Shown: positions 49,773 to 59,024, counted from the stretch's first letter. The stretch: 64,000 nt of DNA from Candidatus Micrarchaeota archaeon (GCA_964358895.1 CAYHPR010000003.1:14473-78472), one strand, 5' to 3'. Made by a program: numbers and translations. The notes: a model not told the origin generated them from the letters alone.

Positions 49773-50468
49773 ATGGGTTCTTTAGAAAAGTCTGTAGTAG
49801 CCCGTATAGAAATTAAAGGAGAAAAATTTGAGATTTTCGTAGATCCGAATCTTGCGTTAGATTTCAGACTCGGAAAGAAAACAGATTTCGCTAATGTTAT
49901 GGTTGTAGAAGAGATATTCTCTGATGTGAAGAAAGGTGAACATCAATCTGACGAGAAATTGAAAAAGTTTTTCGGAACTACAAATGTACTCGATGTTGCT
50001 AAGAAAATTGTAAAAGATGGTGACGTTCCAATAACAACCGAACAACGAAAACAGATGGTTGAAGAGAAAAGAAAAAAAATAATTGCAATTCTTTCACGTG
50101 AAACAATTGATCCGCGAACGGGTGCACCGCATCCGCCGCAGCGGATTGAGAGAGCGTTGGAAGAAGTAAGAATTCACGTTGATCCGTTCAAGCCTGCTGA
50201 AGCCCAAGTTAATGAAGCTTTAGCAGCACTTCGGCCGATTCTGCCGATGAAGTTTGAACATGCGCGTTTCGCAGTGAAAATTCCTTCAGATGTTGCTCAG
50301 AAAGTTTATGGAGCATTGAAGGAATATACTATTCAACAGGAAGAATGGGCAAGTGACGGTTCGCTGATGGTTGTGGTCGAAATGCCTGCGGGAATGCAAT
50401 CGGATTTTTTCGATCGCATCAACAGGTTAACTGCTGGTCGAGCTCAGACAAAAGAAATGAAAAAATAA
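49773..50468 (+). CDS. sdo1: SBDS/Sdo1 ribosome maturation protein
   Basis: Characteristic start [18 protein letters not shown]. Size 231 aa. Conserved position after psmA. Confidence 0.85.
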   Translation: MGSLEKSVVARIEIKGEKFEIFVDPNLALDFRLGKKTDFANVMVVEEIFSDVKKGEHQSDEKLKKFFGTTNVLDVAKKIVKDGDVPITTEQRKQMVEEKRKKIIAILSRETIDPRTGAPHPPQRIERALEEVRIHVDPFKPAEAQVNEALAALRPILPMKFEHARFAVKIPSDVAQKVYGALKEYTIQQEEWASDGSLMVVVEMPAGMQSDFFDRINRLTAGRAQTKEMKK

Positions 50469-50509
50469 AAATAAGAAAAAAAATAATGATTTTACGGAGA
50501 TGAGTTTAT

Positions 50510-51199
50510 ATGACAAAATTAGTTATTCCAGGAGATATGTTAACTGAAAAAGTTATAAGAAGTCCTTACGTATTTATACGAGAAGGAAAAAGCTTTGCAG
50601 CTGTTATCGGAACATTTGATTCTGAAAATGAGAGATTTGTTCCGCTCAAAGGTGCATACTTGCCTCAACTTGGAGATGTAGTAATAGGTGCAGTTGAAGA
50701 AGAAAAAGTGATTGGTTACCAGATTGATTTATTCGCACCATACAAAGGTTTAATTTTTTCAAGAGGACTTAGATCAGCACTTTCTCAGGGAGATATCATA
50801 TCCGCAGAGATTTCAGAAGTTTCAGAAGTCAAAGATGTGATTCTTGACAGACCGCGCACATTGCGCGGAGGACAAATTGTATTTATTCCACCAACAAAGG
50901 TATCGCGTATTATAGGAAAGCAGATGTCAATGTTGCAGTTGTTGCAGAGAGGAACAGGTTGTGAAATCTTTGTAGGAAAGAATGGAGTAGTTTGGGTTAA
51001 AGGACAAAATGCTAGTAAAGCAATTGAAACGATTCTAAAGATTGAACGTGAATCACACACGCGAGGATTGACAGAAAGAATACAAAAATATTTAGGTGTT
51101 GAGTCAATGCCAACAATGAGTCAAGCTTCTAGTGTGTCAGAAACACGACAGGAGCGAGCACCACCAAGAGAAGGAAGAGAGTCTAGTTCCTTTGATTAA
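50510..51199 (+). CDS. rrp4: exosome RNA-binding cap subunit Rrp4 (S1 + KH)
   Basis: N-terminal domain, then an S1-like region, then a KH GxxG (GKNGVVWV). No Zn-ribbon, so Rrp4 rather than Csl4. Operon position fits. Confidence 0.75.
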   Translation: MTKLVIPGDMLTEKVIRSPYVFIREGKSFAAVIGTFDSENERFVPLKGAYLPQLGDVVIGAVEEEKVIGYQIDLFAPYKGLIFSRGLRSALSQGDIISAEISEVSEVKDVILDRPRTLRGGQIVFIPPTKVSRIIGKQMSMLQLLQRGTGCEIFVGKNGVVWVKGQNASKAIETILKIERESHTRGLTERIQKYLGVESMPTMSQASSVSETRQERAPPREGRESSSFD

Positions 51200-51247
51200 A
51201 TAGGAGATATATTTGTTAAGAAATTATGATTTTATAGAGGTGAAATT

Positions 51248-52027
51248 ATGGTAGGCGGAGAAAGTCCAATTCCATTGTTTGTAAATGGAAAGAGACTGGA
51301 CGGAAGAAGTCCAGATGATATGAGAGAAGTAAGTATTGTTGCAGGACCACTGAATAAAGCAGATGGTAGTGCTTATCTGGAACTTGGTAAGAATAAGGTA
51401 CTTGTTGGAGTGTTTGGACCACGTGAAGTGTTTCCAAAGCATCAGACAGATCCATACAAAGCAGTTGTCAGATGCATATACAGAATGGCACCATTTTCAA
51501 CTGAAGAACATGGAAGAACTAGACCAAACAGAAGATCGATAGAAATTTCAAAAGTTATCCGTGAAGTGTTTGAAAATGTGATCGTGCGCGAAATTTATCC
51601 AAAGACGGCAATCGAAATCTATATAGAAATTCTTGAATCGAACGGCAGTACGCGTGTAGCAGGTCTCACAGCTGCATCAGTAGCTCTTGCAAATGCAGGA
51701 ATTCCAATGAAAGACTTGCCTGTAGCTGTATCTGTTGGAAAGATCGACGGTAAGATTGCAGTTGATATGATGAAAGAAGAGGATAATTTTGGTCAGGCAG
51801 ATATGCCAATAGCAATTAAGCCTACAACTGGTGAAATCCTTTTGCTTCAAATGGATGGGAAGATGACGGGCGAAGAGTTTGCGAAAGCCATTGATATGGC
51901 ATTCAAGGCATCTGTAGGTGTTCATGAGAAACAGATTGCAGCACTGAAATCATACTACGAAAAAATCGAATCAGAGATTTCAGAGAACGGAGCAAGCGGA
52001 CAGATCGGACCGATCGAAAAAGTATAG
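51248..52027 (+). CDS. rrp41: exosome RNase PH subunit Rrp41
   Basis: RLDGRSPDDMREV at the N-terminus and an RNase PH fold length of 259 aa. Follows rrp4. Confidence 0.85.
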   Translation: MVGGESPIPLFVNGKRLDGRSPDDMREVSIVAGPLNKADGSAYLELGKNKVLVGVFGPREVFPKHQTDPYKAVVRCIYRMAPFSTEEHGRTRPNRRSIEISKVIREVFENVIVREIYPKTAIEIYIEILESNGSTRVAGLTAASVALANAGIPMKDLPVAVSVGKIDGKIAVDMMKEEDNFGQADMPIAIKPTTGEILLLQMDGKMTGEEFAKAIDMAFKASVGVHEKQIAALKSYYEKIESEISENGASGQIGPIEKV

Positions 52028-52064
52028 ACTGTGTAACGGCTATGAATTAAAATTATAGAATAAG

Positions 52065-52841
52065 GTGATATGCATGATATCAGATGAATTGAGAAAAAGT
52101 ACGGTTGTTGAGTTTGCAAAAACCGACAAAAGACTTGATGGAAGAGGTTTGAAAGATTATAGAACTATCACAATTGAAAGAAATGTGATTGGTACTGCAG
52201 AAGGTTCTGCACGTGTCAAGATTGGGGATACAACTGTTTTAGCAGGTGTTAAAATTGATCCGATCGAGCCATACGAGGACAGACCAAACGAAGGAACATT
52301 GGCAGTTGACGCTGAATTCCTTGCACTAGCACATGAAACATTTGAACCTGGCCAACCAGGTGAAGATGCGATTGAACTTGCTAGAATAGTAGATAGAGGA
52401 ATCAGATCAGCCGAGGCAATCGATGTTAAGTCACTATTTATTGAAGCTGGTAAGGCTTGGGGCGTATACGTTGACCTTTACGTGCTTGACAACGATGGAA
52501 ACTTAATAGATGCAGCCGCCTTAGCAGCTGTAAACGCTCTGCAAGGAATGAAAGTACCAAAACTAGTTGATGGTAACGCTGTTAGAGTTAAGCCAACGCC
52601 AATGAATCTTAAGACAATACCAACTTATTGCACATATGTTAAAGTTGGTGATAAGATTCTCTCCGATCCAACTTACACTGAAGAGGCTGCTGCGGATGCA
52701 AGAATAACCTTTTCAGTAGGAGACAATATGCTATATGCGATTCAGAAGTCTGGCAGCGGTGCATTCACAAAGGCTGAAATCTTAGGTATGTTCGATCAAT
52801 CCTTGACAATCAGGAAACAATTATTAACCTATATCAAGTAA
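52065..52841 (+). CDS. rrp42: exosome subunit Rrp42
   Basis: RLDGRGLKDYRTITIE and RNase PH-like domain organisation. Follows rrp41. Confidence 0.85.
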   Translation: MICMISDELRKSTVVEFAKTDKRLDGRGLKDYRTITIERNVIGTAEGSARVKIGDTTVLAGVKIDPIEPYEDRPNEGTLAVDAEFLALAHETFEPGQPGEDAIELARIVDRGIRSAEAIDVKSLFIEAGKAWGVYVDLYVLDNDGNLIDAAALAAVNALQGMKVPKLVDGNAVRVKPTPMNLKTIPTYCTYVKVGDKILSDPTYTEEAAADARITFSVGDNMLYAIQKSGSGAFTKAEILGMFDQSLTIRKQLLTYIK

Positions 52842-52910
52842 TATATCTAGAACAAGCTATAGTGTTAATCTAGTACAAATAACTAAAATCTAGTACAAAC
52901 AAATGATATT

Positions 52911-53153
52911 ATGACATCCTACGCGGTTCGTGGTGGAAGATCTGTCAAGATAAGGCTTCAAGCAGTAGCCAAGCTTCTTAGGACAAAGCAGAAGTGTCCT
53001 AGATGCGAAAAGAAACTGCTGAAGCGAATAAATACAGGTGTTTGGAAATGCAAGTCTTGTGGTAGTACATTCGCAGGAGGCGCTTACGCCCCAACAACCT
53101 CTGCAGGAGAAGTAGGTGCTAGAATTATTTCAGATTTTAATAAGAATAAGTGA
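52911..53153 (+). CDS. rpl37ae: 50S ribosomal protein L37ae
   Basis: CPRC...CKSCG zinc ribbon, 80 aa. RTKQKCPRCEKK...TGVWKCKSCGSTFAGGAYAP is the canonical L37ae sequence. Confidence 0.9.
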   Translation: MTSYAVRGGRSVKIRLQAVAKLLRTKQKCPRCEKKLLKRINTGVWKCKSCGSTFAGGAYAPTTSAGEVGARIISDFNKNK

Positions 53154-53181
53154 AGATATAGTTTATGGAGATGATGATGTT

Positions 53182-53310
53182 ATGTATACATGTGCAAACT
53201 GTAGTAAGGAAATAGAGTCGATAGACAATTTCGTTAGATGCCCATATTGCGCATGGCGCATTCTTTACAAACCTTCATTACCTATCTCTAGGACAATCAA
53301 GACAGATTAG
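53182..53310 (+). CDS. rpoP: DNA-directed RNA polymerase subunit P (Rpo12/RpoP)
   Basis: MYTCANCSKE...VRCPYCAWRIL is a CxxC...CxxC zinc ribbon of about 43 aa. The ORF-track start at 53116 overlaps L37ae and is likely an artefact. Confidence 0.75.
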   Translation: MYTCANCSKEIESIDNFVRCPYCAWRILYKPSLPISRTIKTD

Positions 53311-53340
53311 ATTGTCACAGGAGTCTGAAGATAGTTTCGG

Positions 53341-53580
53341 ATGACAGAGATGAAAACAATTATAGAAATTCCTTTTGAAGATAGTAAGCTGGCAAAAAAT
53401 GCTTACAAAGTTCTGCAAGGGGAGCTCACATTCAAAAAAAGAGCAGCACCAAGTGTAAAAATCGTAGGAAAAAGTATTGTAGTAACGATAAATGCTGATG
53501 ACATATCTGCATTGCATGCAGCAACTGGATCGTTCATGCGTGCATTGAAAGTAATATTTTCTGTTCAATCAACGAAATAA
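53341..53580 (+). CDS. pcc1: KEOPS complex subunit Pcc1-like
   Basis: 79 aa, predicted alpha/beta. Sits in the conserved superoperon slot between rpoP and prefoldin beta where Pcc1 (COG2892) lies in most archaea. Confidence 0.5.
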   Translation: MTEMKTIIEIPFEDSKLAKNAYKVLQGELTFKKRAAPSVKIVGKSIVVTINADDISALHAATGSFMRALKVIFSVQSTK

Positions 53581-53603
53581 ATTACAGATGTAGGAAGGAG
53601 ATA

Positions 53604-53624
53604 GTAAGAACCAATGGTTCTTAC
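53604..53624 (+). promoter_or_regulatory. perfect palindrome GTAAGAACC-AAT-GGTTCTTAC immediately 5' of the prefoldin-beta ribosome-binding site
   Basis: Nine-bp perfect arms share the core AAGAACC...GGTTCTT with 49743-49762. Followed by GGTGAC and 4 nt later the ATG at 53634. Confidence 0.5.
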
Positions 53625-53633
53625 GGTGACGAA

Positions 53634-53958
53634 TATGGCTCAAGAAAGAGAAGAAATGGAAAATTATCAAGTGGCACAACAGCAACTTCAGTTTCTTATG
53701 TTACAAAAGCAACAGATGAAGATGCAGTCGGAAGAAATTGATCACGCTCTTAAAGAAATTGAGAAGGCGAAAGGAGATTCTTACAGAATTGTAGGTCCAA
53801 TCCTAATGCAATCGTCAAAAGATGAGATAGTTAAAGATCTGCAGGAAAAGAAATCATTGTTCGAGTCTAGGATTGAGATTCTTAACAAGCAAGAAGACAG
53901 GCTAAAGAAATCTTTAATGGATGTACGAAAAGCAATGGAAAAACCTGACAGAAATTAG
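53634..53958 (+). CDS. pfdB: prefoldin subunit beta
   Basis: Coiled-coil, beta-hairpin, coiled-coil organisation (QQLQFLMLQKQQMKMQ...RIVGPILMQSSKDEIVKDLQEK...EILNKQE), about 108 aa. Start moved from the track value 53614, which lies inside the palindrome, to the RBS-preceded ATG at 53634. Confidence 0.8.
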
Positions 53959-53983
53959 TCCAATTCACTAGTTAATTCCATTC

Positions 53984-54283
53984 TTACTTAAACCTGTATT
54001 CGTACGTCTTTAGATCTATTTTTTCATTTTTTATTTTTATTCCGTCCCTTTTAAGAAGTTCTACCTTCTTTTTCAGACCTTCAGAATATCCTCCAAGTCT
54101 TCCATCAGAGTTTATCACTCTGTAACATGGAACTCTCTTAGGATGCTTATTCTTATTCAGTGCATTTCCAACTGCCCTATACGCTTCTGATCCAATCGAT
54201 TTTGCAAGTTCCTTGTAAGTTGTAACTTTGCCTCTTGAAACCTTCATTAGATTTTGGTAGATCCTATCAGAGAAACTTTGCAT
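53984..54283 (-). CDS. MGMT/Ogt C-terminal-domain-only protein (alkyltransferase-like), active-site variant PCYR
   Basis: 99 aa. Aligns with the Ogt C-terminal domain (YRAVGNALNKN...VPCYRVINSDGRLGGY). The canonical motif is PCHRV, and here His is replaced by Tyr. No N-terminal domain. Confidence 0.6.
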   Translation of the reverse strand: MQSFSDRIYQNLMKVSRGKVTTYKELAKSIGSEAYRAVGNALNKNKHPKRVPCYRVINSDGRLGGYSEGLKKKVELLKRDGIKIKNEKIDLKTYEYRFK

Positions 54284-54330
54284 ACTTTATCAAAACAGTG
54301 TATATTTTTAAAGATCAGCGAAATCTATTT

Positions 54331-55134
54331 ATGACTGTCCAATTGGAGATAATATTTATACAATCATTTTTCTTATTTGCTATCACACTTTTGATTTGGT
54401 TGTTTCAGTCATATTTTGTTCTGAGATTTGCTAGAAAATACGTTTATCCCACTCTTTACAAAAACAAACTTACAGAATGGTTTATAGCAGAAGCATCTAT
54501 CCTTCTTCATGAGGCAAGTCATTTTCTCTCAGTCTTTTTCACAGGTTCAACAGTTGAACTGAAGGAATCGTACATTACGTCTAGAGCCGGCCGAGTAGCT
54601 GCAGTTAGAGAAGAATCTATCTTTGGTTGGATCTCTTCAGTAATAGCTGCGTTTTCACCATCAGTCCTTCCTCCATTATTTTTCTCCATTCTTCTCATTC
54701 TCATAACTGGACAGCAACTGAATATTGCTGATTTATTTCTCTATCAAGATACTTTAGACCAAACACTTCAGGATTTAGGGAAAACAATACAGACAACTTT
54801 ATTACCTGCCATCAAGCTCCTTTACTTTTCTTTGTTTCGTTTTGATGTGATAACGATTGTTCTTTTTTATCTTCTCATCATCTGTTCGATTGCAGCAGGA
54901 CCAAGCGAAGGGGATTGGCAAGCAGCCGTAGAGCTTTTTGCATCTCCATTATCCATGCTGGCAATGTTAGGTGTATTCATTCTGTTAAACTATCTTTTTG
55001 CTTATTTTAATATAGGGTTCTTTGTGCCAGCAATAATCTTACTACTATTCCTTTTAGTTGTTGTTTTAACTGGTATTTTTATTGCATTTATTGTTGTAAA
55101 ATTATTAGAATTAGTTTTTCAAAGAATTAGTTAA
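54331..55134 (+). CDS. polytopic membrane protein with HExxH motif (putative intramembrane zinc metalloprotease)
   Basis: LLHEASHFL lies within or near a TM helix. About seven TM segments. The ATG at 54331 avoids overlap with the MGMT-like gene. Confidence 0.35.
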   Translation: MTVQLEIIFIQSFFLFAITLLIWLFQSYFVLRFARKYVYPTLYKNKLTEWFIAEASILLHEASHFLSVFFTGSTVELKESYITSRAGRVAAVREESIFGWISSVIAAFSPSVLPPLFFSILLILITGQQLNIADLFLYQDTLDQTLQDLGKTIQTTLLPAIKLLYFSLFRFDVITIVLFYLLIICSIAAGPSEGDWQAAVELFASPLSMLAMLGVFILLNYLFAYFNIGFFVPAIILLLFLLVVVLTGIFIAFIVVKLLELVFQRIS

Positions 55135-55161
55135 GCATGGCAAAGATAGTTGTAACCTAAT

Positions 55162-56091
55162 TTACGTTTGGTCTACGTATGTCTTTATTCCTTTGACAAA
55201 TTTAATTGCACTAACTCCTGCATTGCAACCTTCTCCAACAGATTTTGCAACCTGGACATTCCCGCCCGTACAGCTTCCAGCTGCATAAACTCCTTCAAGA
55301 TTTGTTTTTCCATCTCTATCGATAACAAGAAATCCTTCATCCATTATTATTCCAAGTTTGTTTGAAAAATCAAGACCTGTCGCTGTGCCCATTGCAACAA
55401 AAACAGCATTTATACTCATCTCAGATCCGTCAGCCATCTGAAGTGATTCAACCCTTTCCTTACCTTTGATAGAAACAGCCTTTCCAGTTATCATCTTTAC
55501 ATTTTTCTTTTTGAGTTCTTCCATAAGCTGCGGTGTAATTTCAAATGCTGTTCTCTGAGAGATTAATGCCACATTCGGTGTCAGGCCAGTCATTTCTATT
55601 GCTTCTTCAGCAGCTAGGTTGCCGTGGCCAACAATGGCAACAGTCTTTCCCTTATAGAAAAAGCCGTCACAACTTACGCAGTAATGTACTCCCTTTCCTT
55701 TGAATGCTTCTTCTCCTTCAGCACCAGATTTCTTGTATTGTGTTCCTGTCGCGAGTATTAATGTCTTTGTTCTGAATTCCCTTGCGTCTGAAGTTTTAAT
55801 CTTGAAAGTTTTTGTTTCTTCTTCCTGAACAGAATTAACAATTTCACCTGGCATAATCACTTCTGCCCCATATTCCTTTACTTGCTCGATTCCTCTTTCA
55901 AGTATATCGATTCCTGTTTTATGATTTAGTCCAATATAATTACCAACATTCTCTGCATCAGCAAACATGCTGTCTTTTATGTCACCAATAACCAGTGTCT
56001 TAAGTCCAGCTCTTGCAGTATAAACTGCAGCGGTCAAGCCAGCCATTCCAATTCCAATTACAATTGTATCATAAATCGGTAGTTCTACCAT
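55162..56091 (-). CDS. trxB: thioredoxin-disulfide reductase
   Basis: FAD-binding GIGMAGLTAA. Redox-active CVSCDG. NAD(P)-binding GHGNLAAEEA. About 309 aa. Confidence 0.85.
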   Translation of the reverse strand: MVELPIYDTIVIGIGMAGLTAAVYTARAGLKTLVIGDIKDSMFADAENVGNYIGLNHKTGIDILERGIEQVKEYGAEVIMPGEIVNSVQEEETKTFKIKTSDAREFRTKTLILATGTQYKKSGAEGEEAFKGKGVHYCVSCDGFFYKGKTVAIVGHGNLAAEEAIEMTGLTPNVALISQRTAFEITPQLMEELKKKNVKMITGKAVSIKGKERVESLQMADGSEMSINAVFVAMGTATGLDFSNKLGIIMDEGFLVIDRDGKTNLEGVYAAGSCTGGNVQVAKSVGEGCNAGVSAIKFVKGIKTYVDQT

Positions 56092-56125
56092 ATTTGCTTT
56101 TGGTATAATGTATTTAATTATTTAT

Positions 56126-56428
56126 CTAAAAGCTGTCTGCAGTTTTATGCAGCATTTTTTTGGCAGTTTGTAGAGCTTGTTTTCCTTCCTTAGTAATAGT
56201 ATAATATATCCGTCTTCCTTTCTCAGTTTTTTTGACATATCCTTCATTTTCTAATTTGTAAAGTACGACGTAAGGTGTGATAAAACCAGGGATCCACCCA
56301 AATTCTTTTTCTATTTCATCTGCCACAGTGTATCCGTGCAGTTTTCTTTTCGAAACCAAGGATAAGATATATATCCACGTATTTGAGCGTGTTAAGCTGT
56401 CCTCTAAACGTTCGAGCGGTTTTACCAT
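56126..56428 (-). CDS. PadR-family transcriptional regulator
   Basis: ILSLVSKRKLHGYTVADEIEKEFG...YVVLYKLENEGYV is the PadR wHTH signature. Confidence 0.75.
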   Translation of the reverse strand: MVKPLERLEDSLTRSNTWIYILSLVSKRKLHGYTVADEIEKEFGWIPGFITPYVVLYKLENEGYVKKTEKGRRIYYTITKEGKQALQTAKKMLHKTADSF

Positions 56429-56481
56429 ATCTGAATGTTGAGAGGTAGGCTTATATATTTTATGTCCGTGAAGTATTTTAC

Positions 56482-57780
56482 GTGTATAAAACAGTTATAG
56501 AAAAACCTAACGGCAAACTCGGCGTGTTACTTGTAGGACTTGGTGCAGTGAGCACTACATTTATTGCAGGAGTTGAATCTATCAAGAAAGGACAAGCCAA
56601 ACCTTTTGGCAGCCTTACACAGATGCAGACCATTCGTATAGGCAAACGTACCGAAGGAAAATCACCATTGATTAAAGATTTTGTTCCATTAGCTAAACTT
56701 GATGATTTAGTTTTCGGAGCATGGGACCCAATTCCTGACGATGCTTATACTGCTGCATTAAAGGCAGGAGTTTTAGAGGAAGAATTGCTGAAAAAGGTGA
56801 AAACTGAGCTCATTAAAATAAAACCAATGTCTGCAGTATTTGATAGCAAGTATGTTCGCAATTTATCTGGCAGCAATATAAAGAAAAATAAAAATAAGTT
56901 CGAATTAGCTGGAGCCTTGATAAAAGATATTAAAGCATTTATGAAAAATAGCAGATGTGAGAGAGCAGTCATGGTTTGGTGTGGTTCTACAGAAATTTAT
57001 GTTGAACAAAAGGACTGTCACAAATCTATCAAATCCTTTGAAAATGCTATGGAAAGAAATGCCGAAGAAATTACACCTTCAATGATCTATGCCTATGCAG
57101 CAATAAAGTGCGGAGTTCCTTTTGCAAACGGCTCACCAAATCTTACAGTTGATGTTCCTGCAATTGTTGAATTAGCTAAACTACATAATGTGCCAATTGT
57201 AGGAAAAGATTTCAAAACAGGTCAGACTCTTATGAAAACTGTATTAGCACCTGCATTGAAGGCAAGAATGCTTGGTTTGAATGGATGGTTTTCAACAAAT
57301 ATTCTGGGGAATCGCGACGGTCTTGTTCTTGAAGATCCAGAAAGTTTTAAGACAAAACAAAAATCAAAGTTATCTGTTTTGGATAACATTCTGCAGCCTA
57401 AAATCTATCCGGATCTGTATGGAAAATTTAAGCATATTGTAAATATTAATTATTATCCTCCCCGTGGTGACAGCAAGGAAGGTTGGGATAATATAGACAT
57501 CTTCGGTTGGTTAGGATACCCTATGCAGATCAAAATCAATTTTCTATGTCGCGATTCAATTCTTGCAGCTCCAATTGTACTAGATCTTGTTCTTTTCATG
57601 GATCTCGCAAAGCGAAGTGGTATGAGCGGAGTTCAGGAGTGGTTATCATTCTATTTCAAAAGTCCTATGACTTCGGGTAGTTATCCTGAACATGACCTTT
57701 TTATTCAACACATGATGCTCAAAAACAAGTTACGCAGTTTGATGAGTGCACCTTTAGTCACACATCACGAGTTAGATTAG
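56482..57780 (+). CDS. ino1: myo-inositol-1-phosphate synthase (archaeal type), GTG start
   Basis: N-terminal Rossmann segment LGVLLVGLGAVSTT. Conserved FSTNILGNRDG and GKDFKTGQTLMKTVLAPAL blocks resemble the archaeal MIPS core. Confidence 0.65.
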   Translation: MYKTVIEKPNGKLGVLLVGLGAVSTTFIAGVESIKKGQAKPFGSLTQMQTIRIGKRTEGKSPLIKDFVPLAKLDDLVFGAWDPIPDDAYTAALKAGVLEEELLKKVKTELIKIKPMSAVFDSKYVRNLSGSNIKKNKNKFELAGALIKDIKAFMKNSRCERAVMVWCGSTEIYVEQKDCHKSIKSFENAMERNAEEITPSMIYAYAAIKCGVPFANGSPNLTVDVPAIVELAKLHNVPIVGKDFKTGQTLMKTVLAPALKARMLGLNGWFSTNILGNRDGLVLEDPESFKTKQKSKLSVLDNILQPKIYPDLYGKFKHIVNINYYPPRGDSKEGWDNIDIFGWLGYPMQIKINFLCRDSILAAPIVLDLVLFMDLAKRSGMSGVQEWLSFYFKSPMTSGSYPEHDLFIQHMMLKNKLRSLMSAPLVTHHELD

Positions 57781-57810
57781 TATTTAACTATTTCTCTGCA
57801 ACTTTATTTC

Positions 57811-58953
57811 ATGCAAGTTGAAGCAAGCCCTCTTTGGCCGCATAATACTGATTTTCCGAAGCTAGCAGGAGACCTTAAAGTTGATGTAGCGATAGTCGGC
57901 GGAGGAATAGCCGGAATTTCTTCTGCGTTTTTTCTTGGATTGAGAGGTTACAAAGTTGCACTTGTTGAATCGGAACAAATAGCATCTGCAGCAACAGGTG
58001 CCAGTTCTGGTACACTTTTTTATGGAAGTGAAACAGATTTTCAGGAATCCATTAAGCGCTATGGTATTGATTCTGCTAAAGCACTTTTCAGTGAAACAAA
58101 GAGTGGAATAGAATTCATGATTGATCTGATCAAGAAAGAGAATATTTCTTGTGGGCTGCGAGAACCCGGGATAATATTCGCAGCGAAAAATGAAGCAGAA
58201 GCTGCTTATTTAGAAAAAGAACAGGAAACTGCTAAGCAGTTTGGAATAAATGGGAAAATTCTTGATAGCAATGAAATTGCAAATGTGTTCAAAGGTAAAC
58301 AGTTCATTTCTGGAGCAGAATATTACTGTGGACAAATTCATCCTGGTCAATTTGTTGGAGCTATTAGTCAGATAATCAATCCAAGATTTGGCGTCCAGAT
58401 TTATGAGAATACTCCTATGTTGAGCTACAGTGATAACGGGGCGAGTGCGATAGTTAAGACAGAGAACGGTAGCATAAAAGCTGACAAAGTTATTGTAGCT
58501 ACAAACATCAAACCATTCTACGGACTTGAAAAACACTTTTTTGTTGAGAACAGCACAGTTATCCCTAGCAAACATCTTGGCGACAGAGTCAAAGAGATTA
58601 TGCCAGTTGACAAAATAATCGAAACTCTTGAAGAGAAATACGATATTATGTATCTGCAAGAAGGTCGTCTTTTCTTAGAGCTTTACAGTGCAAAAGGAGC
58701 CCAGGAAAAGATAAAGGAATATTTTCCTTCTTGGTTGGAATTCGATATCAATGGCCAGTGGGGTGATTCTTGGTCTAAGACAAAGGATATGCTACCTATC
58801 GTTGGTCATGTCACATCAAATATTATCGCACAGGTTGCAATGGGTGATCAAGGAATAGTTATGGGATTCACTACGGGCAGACGAATGGCAGACATAATAG
58901 AAAAGAAATCCGATCCATTTATCGAAATGCTTTCACCTAAACGTTTTGGCTAA
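57811..58953 (+). CDS. FAD-dependent oxidoreductase (DadA/glycine-oxidase-like)
   Basis: Dinucleotide-binding motif VDVAIVGGGIAGISSAFFL...VALVE. About 380 aa. Confidence 0.65.
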   Translation: MQVEASPLWPHNTDFPKLAGDLKVDVAIVGGGIAGISSAFFLGLRGYKVALVESEQIASAATGASSGTLFYGSETDFQESIKRYGIDSAKALFSETKSGIEFMIDLIKKENISCGLREPGIIFAAKNEAEAAYLEKEQETAKQFGINGKILDSNEIANVFKGKQFISGAEYYCGQIHPGQFVGAISQIINPRFGVQIYENTPMLSYSDNGASAIVKTENGSIKADKVIVATNIKPFYGLEKHFFVENSTVIPSKHLGDRVKEIMPVDKIIETLEEKYDIMYLQEGRLFLELYSAKGAQEKIKEYFPSWLEFDINGQWGDSWSKTKDMLPIVGHVTSNIIAQVAMGDQGIVMGFTTGRRMADIIEKKSDPFIEMLSPKRFG

Positions 58954-59024
58954 CATTCCCTCTCTAATAAAAGGCTTTTCTTGCAATTATTACTGAGAGT
59001 ATTTGAATACATATTAGTGATTTT

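Noticed and set aside
50510-51199. Calling the exosome cap gene Csl4 instead of Rrp4
   Set aside because: It has no C-terminal Zn-ribbon cysteines. A KH-type GxxG (GKNG) is present. The length and the position directly upstream of rrp41 fit Rrp4.
53116-53181. Longer RpoP start at 53116
   Set aside because: It overlaps the L37ae C-terminus in another frame. RpoP is normally about 45 aa and begins right at the first CxxC (MYTCANC).
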